Source: Paragordius varius
Taxonomy: Eukaryota; Animalia; Nematomorpha
DNA: 64,000 bases
Direction of reading: 5' to 3'
Assembly: GCA_964247055.1 (NCBI GenBank)
Contig: OZ176052.1
Span: 10,478,001 to 10,542,000 of the forward strand
The notes under the pieces were generated by a model. That model was given only the letters and a program-made list of their open reading frames with translations, had not been told where the DNA came from and did not search any database. The position numbers and the translations under genes are program-made. Positions 12,801 through 26,700 of the stretch are shown in pieces (positions within the stretch are counted from its first letter, which is position 1; the number at the start of each line of letters is the position of its first letter).

Positions 12801-15800
12801 TTCACTGAACGATTCAAATTTTACTGATATCCATTCACTTCACAATGAGACTCAAAACGGTTGTGTGCTGAATGACACATATAATCGATACAATTGTAAC
12901 ACGCAATATGATCCCCTCGATGCTAGGAAACGATTGAAACCTGGTCAAACTGTAATCTCACCTAATTACTTGCATCCAAATGGTAAAAGTGCAGGAAATA
13001 CCAGATCTAAAAGTATAATTATTGTTTTAATGCTTCTATTATAATAACTATTTAATATTTTTTTGTTTATATATATAGTGTCACAACGACGTTATTATGT
13101 ACACTAAATAGTGAAAATTAATATAAAATAATTTGAAATTCTGATGACATGATATTATTAAAGCTTTTTTAATACAAAATTAAAAATTTCATCTGAATTT
13201 AGTTTAATTTAATTGACATCAATTACAATTTATTGAGAGAAAGAGAGATATGAGTTAATATAAACTCACAATATTGACGGGTTTTTTATTTAAGATTACC
13301 ATTAATTTTTTTATTATAATATATAAATATATATATATATATAGATATATCAACTCTATTATTTATTTTTCATTTGTGTTTTGTGAGATTTTATATGCTA
13401 TTCGTTACCACGCTATTACTAAAATTCTTAGGCTTTTTTCTTTAATATATCTTATCACGCCAAAAAATCTTACTATTCGGTTTTTTATTTGCTAGTAACT
13501 TTATTATAGGATGGATGGTCTAAAAGTTTAGGTATAATTATTATGCATTGTTTTGAAGAGATTTTCTCCTAAATTAATAAAAAAAACTTGGATTCTAATT
13601 TTTTTCCGCATTTAAACCTATATTTTATAGTGCACTGTAGATGTTTTGATATAAATATACCTATACTTTATTATATATCTTAGATAAAACTCAGTCGAAT
13701 TCCCGAATAAACAAAATTATCAATAATTGTCATCAGCTTCGAAAAAAATTCCTTTTACTATCAACCGGAAATATCGGCGGTACTATCTTTAGCCATATTT
13801 ATCATTTATCTTTCCAAAAAAATCATGTAATCACTAAATTGAAATAAATGGATTTTTTAATGTAATTCTTTTATTTTCGACACAAAACAGATAAATCAAG
13901 ATGCCATGATGATACGCAAACTGGATCTATCTTATACATTGGTATTTTTCATTATTTTACTCCTCGATTTATAAATAATATGAAATGATATCCGTTTATT
14001 TATAAAAAATTAATTTAATCTCTATATAGGTTGTAATGGGATGACAGGTGACGTTCCTTCAACCCAAACCTCTTTAAGTCGACAAGAAACTATGAAAAAG
14101 GTGGATTATCCTTCAGTACCTCTGAATTATGATTTAGCTAATGAACATTTCACCAACAACATTGTTAATACTAATAATAATATGAATGCGAATAGGTATA
14201 AAACTAATTGTTTTGCCTCACCAACGAATTTCAAGCAATATTTGGATGCTTCTTATTCGACGCCTGACGCTAAAAAGAATGTCAACGCAACATTACCCAT
14301 CAACAATAAGAATAATCTATTACCCCATTTTTATGAAAATGGATATTTTGAAGCACTTAACAATGGAAAACTCTTGTTTGAAAACATCAAGAACCACCCT
14401 GTATCCACCAATTTAAATAATCATAAGTCGACCTCAAATAGGCACTCATATATAAATACACCAATTATATCTGATACTACTGACAATAATTACAATAACA
14501 ACATGCACAAAATTAATAGCAGGAGTAATAATCGGCTTGGCTCAATAAATCCCACAAATGATCAAGAACACGATCTGCATGGTGAAACAGTGAAATCAAC
14601 TGGTAAAAATTATACTTTTCATAATTCATTAACCATATTCTTTTAGAGAGGTTATATCAAATTTTATCTGGTATTTACGTTTAACAAAACTTTTTACACA
14701 TGTAGAAGTAAATAATTTGTATTTCACAGTTTGATGTTTAAATTAATGGTTTTAACAAAAGTTGATTTTAAAAATTAAAGATAAAAGTATTAGATTATAT
14801 TTATATAATGTTTTGTACGATAATTTTTTAATCTAAAAATATGTCTATAAAACCGATCCATTAGAAAAGTCCACGCAACATTATGGTGATCTTTTACAGT
14901 ATACATCGCCGCAAGACACAAATTCTGCCTACTACAATTTTGAACGTACAATTTGTCCAAAAACCAACCCTAAGTTTGTGTCTGTGAATAAATATGAAAA
15001 AAATCATTTGGAAAAATTGAATGATTCTAATTCACTTCCCATATCGTTTGAACCGCATGACAATTATTATGGTAATTCAAATGGTGAATACGATTACAAT
15101 ATCAACTATCATGTAAGCAATAATTATTATATAATTACACTAGACAACAAATTTTTCTGCCACTCGAGTTTTTTGCATTTTCTGATATTTAGTATCATTC
15201 TAACAGTAAATCTGAAATAAAAATTATAACTCGATGAAAGAATTTTGTATAATTTGATTTTTTTGATTATGCGCCCTCTTTATCAAAATTTTACTAAAAA
15301 ATGTTTTTCTTTGAAAATATACAAGTAATGCCCATTTGTAATATATCATTTGAAAGAGTATTAAAAACTCTATAAAATGCATACTAATATGTATTACATC
15401 GACAGTTAATATTGGACACAAAGAGCGACAAACGCGCGAAGCGAGAGCATTTTTTTAATTATTATATTTTTAAAACTAATGGATGAAAATAGCTCAAACT
15501 TTGTTTAGATGGAGATGAATGTCCAAAAAAGATAACACAAAAAAGTTTTTTTTGATTAAAACATTTTTTATTGCTTTTATGTCACTCAAAACAGCCATTT
15601 TTAAGTTTTTTGTTTTTTAAAAATTACCATCTTGTCAATATTAATTTATTTTCTTTACAAGGCTGATAATTTCGAAATTTTAAAGATAAAAACAAAGTTT
15701 AAGGTATTTTTGATCTTTTATAGCCATTATGTAATAAATTTACAGTTGTAACTATGCATTTTAGTATCCACTATGTTAAATATTTATGATAATAATAATT

Positions 15801-17340
15801 TTTATTTAAAAAGCAAACCAAAAGCTTTTTCAAACATTTTCTTAAATTAAATACTAATATAACCCTAATAATTATATTAAAATAATTTATATGATTTTCA
15901 AATTAGTTTGTCTGTGAAAATTCTTGACTTATTTAAGGATTGAAAATTTCGACCATTTAAATCCAAATAACTTTTACATCCGATTGATTTAAATGACTTA
16001 CTACCATTTAAAAGATTCAGTTTTTTGCCCTCTTTCGAATGATATAAAATACATGGCTTCATATCTAAAACTTTAAATTTTCGAAATTTCGAGTTTAGTG
16101 TTAAATCGGGGCCAAAAATTATCGATAAACTCTAATATAAAAAAATTCTTCCATGCTAGACCAATTTTCTTTTCAGATATACTAATTATGTACTTTAATG
16201 AAATAAATTTTAAATTTACAAGAATGGCAGTTAAAAAAAGTTAAAATTTGTTGTCTAGTGTTATCTATCTTTTGGTATCTTTGACCAAGTCTAATATGTG
16301 AAAAATCTATTTTTGCTATTTCTATTTAAGTGATTTTTTCGTCATATTTCACTACAATGGATTCTTATTACTACATTTAAGTTTATATATTAATTTTGTT
16401 CTTATGATATAAGAGTTTGCTAAGGTTGATATTACCCAGTTGACAAAATCACAGTAAAAGGCAAAATGTAAAAATATAAAGACAAATATTTTTTTTAAAA
16501 CACAACCATACTTTTTATACAATTCCCATATAAACTGTTTGATTAAATTTTATAAATTAGTTTTACTAATTTTTATATTAAATTTATATTTTTCTTATTA
16601 AATTTTAAGAAGTTATATTTAAACATCAAGTTTAATAAAGTACAGCGAACTGTTGAAAAAATATTTTCGCATGTTTCGGTTATGTACTGTATAATTTTAA
16701 TTTTTAACTGTAATTAATTATATTTACAATTTTAAAGGTGGAAAACATTAGAAACGCTAATTATCCAGTCACAAACTTAGATGACGATCTCACAACCACA
16801 ACCTCAAACACGGAAGATTTGGATAATGATGAAAAGGCATTTAGCTTAGATGATGTCCATTACAATGTTAACAATAATACTAATATAATTGCTATCGGAA
16901 AATTAAGAAATAGTCACACAATTCCTGAGGGTATGTCCGCTTCATCACTACACACTAGTCCATACATCCACAATAAAAGTAACATACATCAAACTAATCA
17001 TGTTGAAAACACTTCACATAATGGCAGTATCAATAATCCACCTTTTACCGAACAAGACAGTAATAATATACTTTTTTCAACGTCTATGTTGCGAAGAAGT
17101 TTTCAACGGAAAAAACCTCCCTCCGCTTTCGTTCGAAGGGACGCCAATGGAGTTTTAACTACACTGTCGAACCCATTTGTTAGTGAGGAGGAAACATTAC
17201 CATTTTTAACACCACAAAAAGGAATAGCTGTTCTGCCCACAAATCATAATGAATTTTTGAAAGTAGATAATACTAAAAAAGCCACATCTAACGGTGCGTT
17301 AAAACGTAAATTTTGGTCAAGTGAATCATTTAAAAGCTAA
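3878..17340 (+). CDS. ADGRL: Latrophilin/Cirl-like adhesion GPCR (SUEL lectin - Ser/Thr stalk - HRM - GAIN/GPS - 7TM - long intracellular tail), ~1740 aa without the unidentified signal exon
   Basis: Phase-consistent GT-AG exons: 3878-4073, 4629-4735, 5238-5671, 5924-6230, 6409-6509, 6882-7064, 7168-7375, 7707-8322, 8521-8641, 8952-9055, 9432-9534, 10325-10478, 10715-10781, 10884-10950, 11431-11528, 11644-11812, 12298-13012, 13891-13941 (symmetric, optional), 14030-14602, 14865-15112, 16738-17340. Motifs: lectin [18 protein letters not shown]; [26 protein letters not shown]; GPS WSSDGC...[12 protein letters not shown]; secretin-class 7[47 protein letters not shown]. No olfactomedin domain (invertebrate type). 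Tail exon junctions are less certain than the domain exons. Confidence 0.95.
8663..8848. mobile_element. hAT-derived MITE in a latrophilin intron
   Basis: TIRs CAGGGGTGTTCAACAC / GTGTTGGACATCCCTG, same terminus family as 3174 and 55185. TSD is only partly preserved. Confidence 0.65.
13079..13107 (+). CDS. Candidate alternative terminal mini-exon of latrophilin (...[12 protein letters not shown])
   Basis: T-rich acceptor (ttttttgtttatatatatag) 66 nt after the donor at 13013, in compatible phase 1, with an in-frame TAA. No expression evidence. Confidence 0.3.
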
Positions 17341-18413
17341 TTTATGTGATTCATTTGCTTATCAGCCAGCCATCCAGCATTTTACAAAACATTCCAAAGT
17401 TGTCTAATTTATTGATATATAACGCTTTTTATGTATCATTCATTCATTATTTATTGTTTCGAAAAATAGAAAAAACGTTTGCATTTAACAATTGTCTTTC
17501 GAAACGCCGTAACACAATTTTTTAAATATTCCTGTGATGTAAATATATTATATATATGCTAATATCTGAAAAATATTTTGCCATTTTTTAATATGTGATA
17601 TTTAAATGTCTATATTTAATTGTCAATTTTCATTAATTATGACGTTTTTAGATGTTTTAGTTGAATTTATTAAATGTATATATATTTAATTTGCGTCCAG
17701 TATTGTAATTGCCACATCATTCCTTTTGTCCTTTATCGTTTCTTATAGTAACTTATGATGTAAAAGTTTTGATATTCTTAGATTTTTCAATTTATTTTTT
17801 TGATTTAAGTCGAAAATTATATATAAAATACATAAAAACAAACATGTTCAATATACATAATCAATATGTTACTTTATATGGAATCACTTATGACTTTTTA
17901 CCTAATTTTATTTGATTATTAATTATGTCATTTATTCTTTAGTAAATATTACTAATAAATACCAACTATATAAGGGAAAGAATAGATAATTGATATTGTG
18001 TGATTTTTATCCTTAGTTTTAGCGGTCATTTAATTGTAGCCTGAAGTTATTTTTCCCTAATTTAAATATTTGCATTCACCCATAGAAATTTTGTTATGTG
18101 AAAAAAATTAAATTTTTTGATAAAGCTTTGACATAACATATGGGTTTTATATTTTAGTTATTCATAACGGTATCTATTTACATTAGATAACAAATTTTGA
18201 CTATTTAAAGTGCCATAGCTATCTCTATGGCATTAGAAACTGTAAAATAGACACGCTGCCCATTTTCTACTTGTATTGCTAAACGAACAACTGTAGGGCT
18301 ACGTCATGTATAGGAAACGAAAAAATTCACTATATATTATATTATATTACCGTGGTAAACATGATAAGGTAAGTTGGAGCCTGCGAAGCCGCTACTGGAA
18401 AAAAACGGCTCAA

Positions 18414-20042
18414 TGTGGATTATTTCGAAACATTATTTAATAGTTATGATCTCATAGGATTTTCAAAACTGTGCAATTGACGGCTAACGGAAAAACCGCT
18501 AGACTATATTTTTAATTTTTAATGGGTATTATTTAAAGCATTAATTGAACTCGTTTGACTTCTGAAGTTTTTTGAAAATTAGCTCCAAAATCACGCCATT
18601 TTTGTATGGCGTCTCAGTTTTAAACCGGTAACCCCTACCTATAGACCTATTTGGAAAAAGCGCTGTGTTAATTTCTTTGCATTTATATGGCAAATATTTG
18701 GAATCATCTTTGATACCATCGTCTCATGGGTTATTCGAATAAATACCTCAACACTAAATAATCGTTATATGATGGCGTATTTTTAGGCGCATAAAGGCCC
18801 CAAATTATAATAAATTTAGTTACGGGAAATATTTCAAGCTTTTAATGAGCTTATATGGCTTCATAAATTTTCTGTAAATTAGCTCCAAAAACAACGCAAT
18901 TTCTATACATTAACGCAGTTTTTGGCGGGTAGCTAGTTATTCAAGGGCAGGTATAAAAAAAGCATTGGGCAAAATTTTTGTCTTTATATGGGGAATATTT
19001 GATCATGGATTCCATATGTTCCTATAAGTTATTAGAAATATTGCTTCAAAAGTAAAAAATTATTCCATGGCGGCGCATTTTTCAGGGCGTAAAACTTTAC
19101 TTAGCGACTCATTGAAATAATCCCCTATACTAAAATTTTTGTTATGTAAGGAATGAAAAAATATTTTAGGCCCTTATTGAACTCATATAGTCTCATAGAT
19201 TTCTAAAACTTGGCTTTACATGTTGTATCGATATGGTGATGCAGTTTTACGCGGGTAGCCCCCTAACCAGGGGCGAAAAAAACGCTCGATTAAAATTTTT
19301 GCCTTAATTCGGGTAAACCCTAGAAACATGATTGATAGGATTTTCGAAAAATTGCCTCACAACCAAAAAGTCATTCTATGGTGGCGCATTTTTCTAGGCA
19401 AGGGCCTAATTAAGGGGTTGTTTAATAAAATCGCACCACCTAAATTTTTGCCTTATTACGGGTAATAATTAGAGTGCCTATTAAACTCATATGACCTGAT
19501 AGATTTCTCCAAAGGCACGCTATTTCGATATGAGGGGGAATTTTAGCGGGTATCTTCTTACCCAGCAGCCAATATAAACAAAGCGCACGACTAAAATTTT
19601 TGTTTTAACAGGGAATACCTGAAATCCTCATTGAATTTTTACGGTCTCATACCTTGGGCGAAAAATAGATTCAAAAATTGTGGACTTATTTTTTTGGAAA
19701 AAATGGCATTTTGCGAAGGAGTGGGTAAAACGTGGGCGTAAATTAAAACAGCGAGCCGACTATGTTCGGCGCAATCGAAAAAAAAATCATATTCGAAATC
19801 GAATGGTCCAGCACGTTCTCCGGAAAATTGTCTCAAAGACACGATTTTTGTGGAACTTTTTTAAAAAAACCCGTTTTTTACACGGGGTAGGGCCGAACTG
19901 GGGCCCTAATTTAAAAAAAGCGAAGCTATTGTCGGGCCATTCATTAGTGATTAGATTTTTTCGACATTTGGGTTTTAATGGGTCTACCGATTTTCCAGAA
20001 ACCGATCACAAAGCCAGCATTTTCCATTTTTATAAATATATA
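18414..20042 (-). mobile_element. Non-autonomous Helitron, long form with ~300-bp internal tandem units; 3' terminus missing or diverged
   Basis: 19660-20042 matches the 5' ~400 bp of the copies at 40691, 45125 and 57904. 18414-18480 matches the 3' region of the 44533 copy. The motif gcgggtagc/aaccggtaacc recurs at ~18625, 18927, 19251 and 19546. Lies between the convergent 3' ends of latrophilin and tropomodulin. Confidence 0.75.
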
Positions 20043-20725
20043 ATTATTGGCGAACGTAAATTACCATAAAGATATTTTTCCTCATCCGGGGGTAAACATT
20101 TTGTATAATGAATGTGAAATAGCTTTATAAAATTTTTGAATACTAGTCCAAATTGTTTTGATAGATGATCTGTATCGATATCATATTAATAATATGGAGG
20201 CAATTAAAGCTAACTTAAATCAAGGGCTCACACCAGAAATATAAAATGTTCTTCCATATATTTTTATAAAAATTTATTAATTATATAGTAATTTTATTGT
20301 CGAATCACAAAATAAAATATATTGGCTTTGGGAAAAATTATTGTATAGATCATATATATTATATTTCGAGATATTATTATATTAATGATTTTAACGTCCA
20401 ATTTAAAATAAAAATTTGACAAATGACATAAATGGATGGGTACACTGTTTTTATGTACTATTTTACCACAAAGAATGGATTATTTAAAGTTTCGCATGAT
20501 TTCTAGCAACAATTGCTAACTATATTATATATATAATGGACATTTATCGTTAACAAATATATATAATATGAAAATGCCATTGAATTAAAGTTACAGATAG
20601 AAAATAGTCAATATCATTAATAAGCGTAAAAAGATTATAGTAAACTAACTGATTTAGTTAGTATATATGTGTGTGTACGGTCTAATATGGAATATCTGAG
20701 ATTCATTGAATGAAGGTGAACAAAA

Positions 20726-23700
20726 TTATGTTTGACTTTGTCGACGTTTGATTCTCACTAAACGCATGTAAAATATAATCATTTAAATTTTATTACCTAG
20801 ATCGGGGTTAAAAATTTAATATTTTTAACGTATAACTACAGTAGGTCCATTAATGTTGGTCGATTCACAGAATTTTTGGCTGGTACATTAGCATATTATA
20901 TAAAACAAAGTGTGTTCATTAAATAAAATTTAATCAGGAAAGATAGATGGAAATTTAATTTCAACCATTTGTTGTTTTTGACCCACATGCTACTGTGTAT
21001 TGCCAATTAGCCAAAAATAATGTGAATTAAGAATTAATAATGTGCATACTGTAAATTAAAAACATATATAGGCTCAAACGAAAATAAGGAAAAGCCGAAA
21101 AAAATCAGATGGGATCTTATTCCCTAAAAAAAGTTGTGAATACAATACCCAATACAAGTAATTGCAAATATTTTAAAGCAATTGTCAAAAAATTATTATA
21201 CATGCATCCTGGTTTCGTTTTAAGTATGAAGCAATTCGAACTCTGGCGTCAGCAACGTTGAATGTTAAGCCTAACCTTAGTAGATGGTAATTGTGTGCCA
21301 TTAAAGCAGCAATTTCCATTTCTGCTTTGTTTCCCAAATAGGTGTTACGCTAAAAATCAAAAATTTAAAATAATGGCATTTTTAACAAACTAAAAAAATT
21401 TATTATAACATCAACGTACCAGTCTATTTTTAACATATTCTATAAATAATTATCTTAAAAATGACAATGTTTGTAATATAAAATAGACAATTTTTAAAAA
21501 GCAAGAATTTTAACTAATAATTTTTTTAGTTGGTATTACTTCTGAATGCAAATAATTTTTTTGGTCAAAATCTAGTTAAATGGTGTGTTAATTGGTAAAT
21601 TAGGTATATAACCTGATTAGAAGCTCTAAATTCTCGGATGTTTGGATTATCGCAAATCGCTCCAAAAATATATACAATAGCATCAGGGGAGAGGGCATTA
21701 CTCTCCAAATTAAGACTGCGCAAACTTTGATTCTCCCTTATAGAATCGGCTAAAACCTAAAAATTCAACATAATAAATATAATTTCAATAATACAATAGG
21801 GTATTTGATAATAATTACATATTTAAACACAAATATTTAATAGTACTTTGGCTATGGTATCAGTCATGCGTGTATTAACAAGACTAAGATTTTCAATGTG
21901 TGTGTTATGTTTAAGGGAACGACAAATGCTTAAGTAATTTGATGGAGATATATCCTAAAAAAATGTATAAACAATTTTTCATATAAACCAAATATAAAAA
22001 TTTGATTTTGAAATTTATATAAAATAGATTATAGCGAAAAAAATGTAACCCGAATATTGTTTAGGTTTAAGGAAACTAAAGCCGGATCATTTTTTTCTAG
22101 GGATCTAAGCGAAGATTCAGGATCAGTTGTATTTGGTGGTTCTGGTGGTAATATTTTAAGTTTGTCACCTTTTGCAATGGCTAATAGGGTAAAATTAGAA
22201 TTTAGCAATTAAGATGGCCCAAAAATAGCAATAAAACATAATTTGTTAATATTATTATAAATTTGGTAGATGCGTAAAACAATAAATTAAAATATTTTAT
22301 TTGGTCCGAAAAAGAGATATAAATTATTTAAATCAATGATTTGCATGGTATAATATATATTGTAAGAATTATACCTCTAAATCCACCACCTTCTGTTGAT
22401 AAAGTTTTCAGTGTGTTGTTATATTGCGTTTGATTAACTAGACTGTGAAGTTCCAATATACCTGAATGAAAATTTATTTTATCAAAAATTGAAAAAACAA
22501 TTGGATGACCAAAATTAAGGTTTATGGAACAATGTCAAAAAAATAGAATCTTTCAATTTAATTAAAACATTAGATAATATATTTGGAAAGACGAGATATA
22601 CTGTTGTATAAAAGTATAGATAATTAGTGAAGTCATGGTTTGCTTAGAGGTTTAATGATAAATGGTTAATTAGTGTTTTAAAAAACAGAAGCCAGTTAAT
22701 ATATTTTTTGTAATACGAGGCCGGTAAAATAAAAAATGTTTTATTCGACAAAATCTATTTAATTAGCGAAATAGATATACAAAATAACTTATATTAAATA
22801 AACCAGTTTTAACAAAAAAGTTAACATATTTGCTAAAAAACCAATAATCATTTTTCCAAAAAAGAAATATGGGTATAATTAAAAAATGGTCCCAAAAAAA
22901 GGTTTTTCTGTACGTACATATTTTAAGTTTAAACATACCGGCAATATCCACAAGATCGGATTCTGATGCATTGTCTAAGGCTTTTTCATATTCTTCTGGC
23001 AAATCTATTGTAACTCGGTATTCATCTCTCTGTATTTCTTTAGGTTTCCAAACTTTACCTGGAAATATAAAATATATTTTTTATATCGAATAAAATATTT
23101 ATCAAAAAATGTTTATTACCTCTTGTTTGCTTAACAAATGGTACAGGTTCCTCCCAATCCTCTTCATTAATGCTTTGTTGTTCAAGATATTTGAGCAAAT
23201 TTCGACGATTGAGTGGACCGGTGGGAGCTTTTTTAGTTAATGTCACGCATCTCTCTGAAGGTGGTAACATAGGATCCTTTTGAAATGTAATTAATATTTG
23301 GTTATTGTAAACTATAGCATAAAAATTGGAATATAAAGTAGTGAAAATTAATACATCTGGATCAACATCATTGGCTAATTCATCTATTTCGCGCGGAGAC
23401 AAATGATTCAGTAAATCTTCTGCATCCATGTTGGAGAATTCGGATGTATCATGACCTTGTAATCGCGTGGTAGTCATGCGAGTTCTTGTTTCGCTATTTA
23501 GGAATGTTTGGTTTAAAAATATAAAAAAATACTAAAACAATAAATGCAACACACAAAAGGTAGAATGAATGTGTGAACTAATAATATGTTAGATACACCT
23601 GAAAAGGTAAGGCAAGACAATTAATATTAAGTATTTGTTGATATAAGACAAAATATACCAAGGTGGTGGCCATATAAAGGGATATCGCATTCGAAGCATA

Positions 23701-26700
23701 TCATCGAATTTATAAAATTTAATATTAGGTCAATATAAATCGCATTTGCAACAAAAATATATTTAGACTTTATTATTAATAGAAGTAACGATAAAACAAA
23801 ATATAAAATCACGCAAAGTATAAGCCAAACGTATAAATTTATATAAAGACAGTGACGCAATTTTTTACAAAACATTAATAGTTAATGTATAATGATATGC
23901 GTTAAATCATGTTATCAGAACAAAAAAAGTTGGCATAATTGTGTCATTAATCTATCATTAATAATTGTCATATGCGCTCGCTCGGTGAATAAAAATATCA
24001 CTTATTATTTCAGTTATTATTCGATAATTCCTTACTATATGTGGTAGACACCGCCTTTTTTGTCCATTTGAGCTAAAAATTCTTTGGGCAATTTGCCGGG
24101 ATTACTTACACGTTTTTTCGTGATCTCTTTGATTATTGTCTTTTTCTCGCCAGGTACATCGCCTTCAAACGTTAATTCTTGACGGACTGTCTCACCTTCT
24201 TTTTCAGGTAAAACATTTTTCCTAAAAAATGAAATTGTATATTTTCTTTGCGTTTTAATTAAAATAATAAAGTTAAGAAAATATTCTAGGCAGTTGTTTA
24301 AAAACAATCATTTTCTATATAATAATGTTCGAATATGTAACAATATAATGTTTCTTTGTTGCAAAAAAAACCAATATTTTTATTATTTATTTATAATTAT
24401 TAGAAAGCATGATATCAGCGTGCGTTTACCATTTTTTGCACAAGAACTTAGAGTTAAAAATTGTTACAACGTACTTTCCTTAATACTAACTATTTAAAAT
24501 ATACGTTTTTCCAGCAGCTATAGATGCTTCCAACATTTTTTCCGCCCGTTCCAGCTCGGATATATCTTCTTTGTTCAAATCCTCTCCAGATATAACTCCT
24601 CCATCACTAAATTCGGTGCTATCCGTTTTCTTAATCCCCGCCTATTATAAAAACCGTTAAATGATATTGAAAATTAAGTATATTAGTTTTGCTGTAAAAA
24701 CTAAAAAACCTGATGTTCAAAGTCAGCAAGATTTGGTAGTTTACGCGTTTTTTTCTTCCCAATCGTCGAACTAAATAAGATTTCTTCTCTGGGTTGGCGT
24801 GGACTACTCCCTGCCGTGTTTGTTTTGAGAGCTGTGGTCTCACCTTCTGGACTTTTTGTCATACTACTTTTTTGTAAGGGTGTTGTTGTTTGATTGCTAA
24901 TTTTGTTTGTAGGTTGTCGCGATGATTGTTGAGTTACAGGGGTCCTTACTGATTGTGAACGGCTTATATCCCCATTTTTGTGTGGTGGGCTTTTGGGTGA
25001 AAGGCCTCCCGGTTTTAAGGGTACTCCACCACGATCAAAGATGTTAGTTAATTCTTTACTATAATATTATTCAAAATAATAATAATAATTTTTGTATATG
25101 ACATTAATTTACAAACATAATTGGTAAAAATCAAGAGGATCAAACCGTAAAATTTTAAATAAAAGTTGTCAACTTCAAATAATCCATTTCAAATTATGAC
25201 TAATCATTAAACTTACGATCTAATAATTTTTAAATTTATTACCGTAAAACAAGACGCTAACAAATTTAACTACATATACACTTAACCTTTTGGGGTAGTT
25301 TTATATCCCAGAATTAAAATTTGATTATCAAAAATTTAACGTATTAGCCAAATGTAAAATTTTTTTTAGCTTGCCGATGTTTCAAAAAATTCCTGTAGAT
25401 TGTAAAAAACCTTTATCTCAAACATTTTCGCTGTCATTTTTTTTCTTGAAATTTTAAGTCGCTAATACAATGGGCAAATTAATGTAAATTATGGTTAGAA
25501 AATGCAAAACATTAACCTAGATTTCAGGTTATATTTTAAAATTTGATATATATTGAATAAAATGCTGTTTATTTAAATGTGTTATAGTCTTCCTTCAGAG
25601 TTTTAGAAGTTAAAAACTTGAAAAATATTTTATATTTAATACAGGATAACAATGTCATGTTTTATAATTAAATTTTAACCAAAACAAGTCAAAGTAGTCA
25701 TTTAACACGTTAAAGCTCTCTATATAAAACAACGCGAAAACGGTGGTCTGCAATATAAAAAGGTAATGAAATATTTAATACATTAGCATTGTGTGGGCAG
25801 AAAATATTTATATTTAAATTCAATTTTCCGATCAATTACCCTAAAACAATGCCAAAATTTAAGAACTAAAAAAAGAAAACTAGTATAATTGCTAGTATCT
25901 ATCGATGTGTTATATAATGAGATATATTAATACAGTTGAATAGGAGATATAAAGAGATAAAGTTACGGGATTACAGATTACACTAAATTGTAAAGTTTTT
26001 CGGCAATGTTTGAGTTTATGAAATTTACTCTAGAAAACGAATTTTATCGTTATCCAATTGATATAATAAAGAAATTCAAAATGGCAATCAAAGTGTTTTA
26101 AAGACCGTTTTCATAACTTACGTACGTTAAACCGTTTAACATATTTTAACTTAAACATTTACGATCGATTCTAGTGAAAATGAGCAGGTTAATTTAACAG
26201 TCCATTTATTAAAAAACAGCAAAAGCTACAGACCCTTTCTTTATATATTTATGTTGGTCTTTTCATGGGCAATTGGTACAGTAGCGTATGATATAAAAAA
26301 AATTTGTCCATAATTAAATAAAATTTATTGTTGAAAGATAGGAAATTTTCCAGTTATTATTTTTTTTCCATATGCTACTGAGCGACCAAAAATTTTGATT
26401 GACCAACATTATGTGAATACTGTTAAAATGATATTTTTGCATATCAAGCCAAAAAAATATTTTAAAGGTTAATGAATAGCAAAAATAAGTATATATAATA
26501 TCATACTCCAGCCTTCCAATAACAGGTTTTTGAATCATATGTGACTTCTTAATCCAAAAAAATATTATTAAAATCCTCCGAATATCGTTTAGAAGGAAAA
26601 AAAATTGACTAACAAATCATAAGAAAACCAAACTTATGATAAGAGATGGTGAGAACAGACATATGATAATCTTAAGGCTAAGAGAAATAGGAAAGAGCCA

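Noticed and set aside
15420-15455. GC-rich motif gcgacaaacgcgcgaagcgagagc in the last latrophilin intron
   Set aside because: Probably a transposon remnant, but I could not define ends, a TSD or a second copy.
18560-19660. Regularly recurring motifs as a CRISPR-like array
   Set aside because: The units are ~300-bp diverged tandem repeats with homologous, not unique, spacers in eukaryotic DNA.
19639-20069. ORFs 19639-/19680+ and their look-alikes at 40494, 40579, 44807, 44871, 57905 and 57913, as a repeated small-protein family
   Set aside because: All lie in the conserved 5' block of the Helitron family; starts, stops and frames differ between copies.
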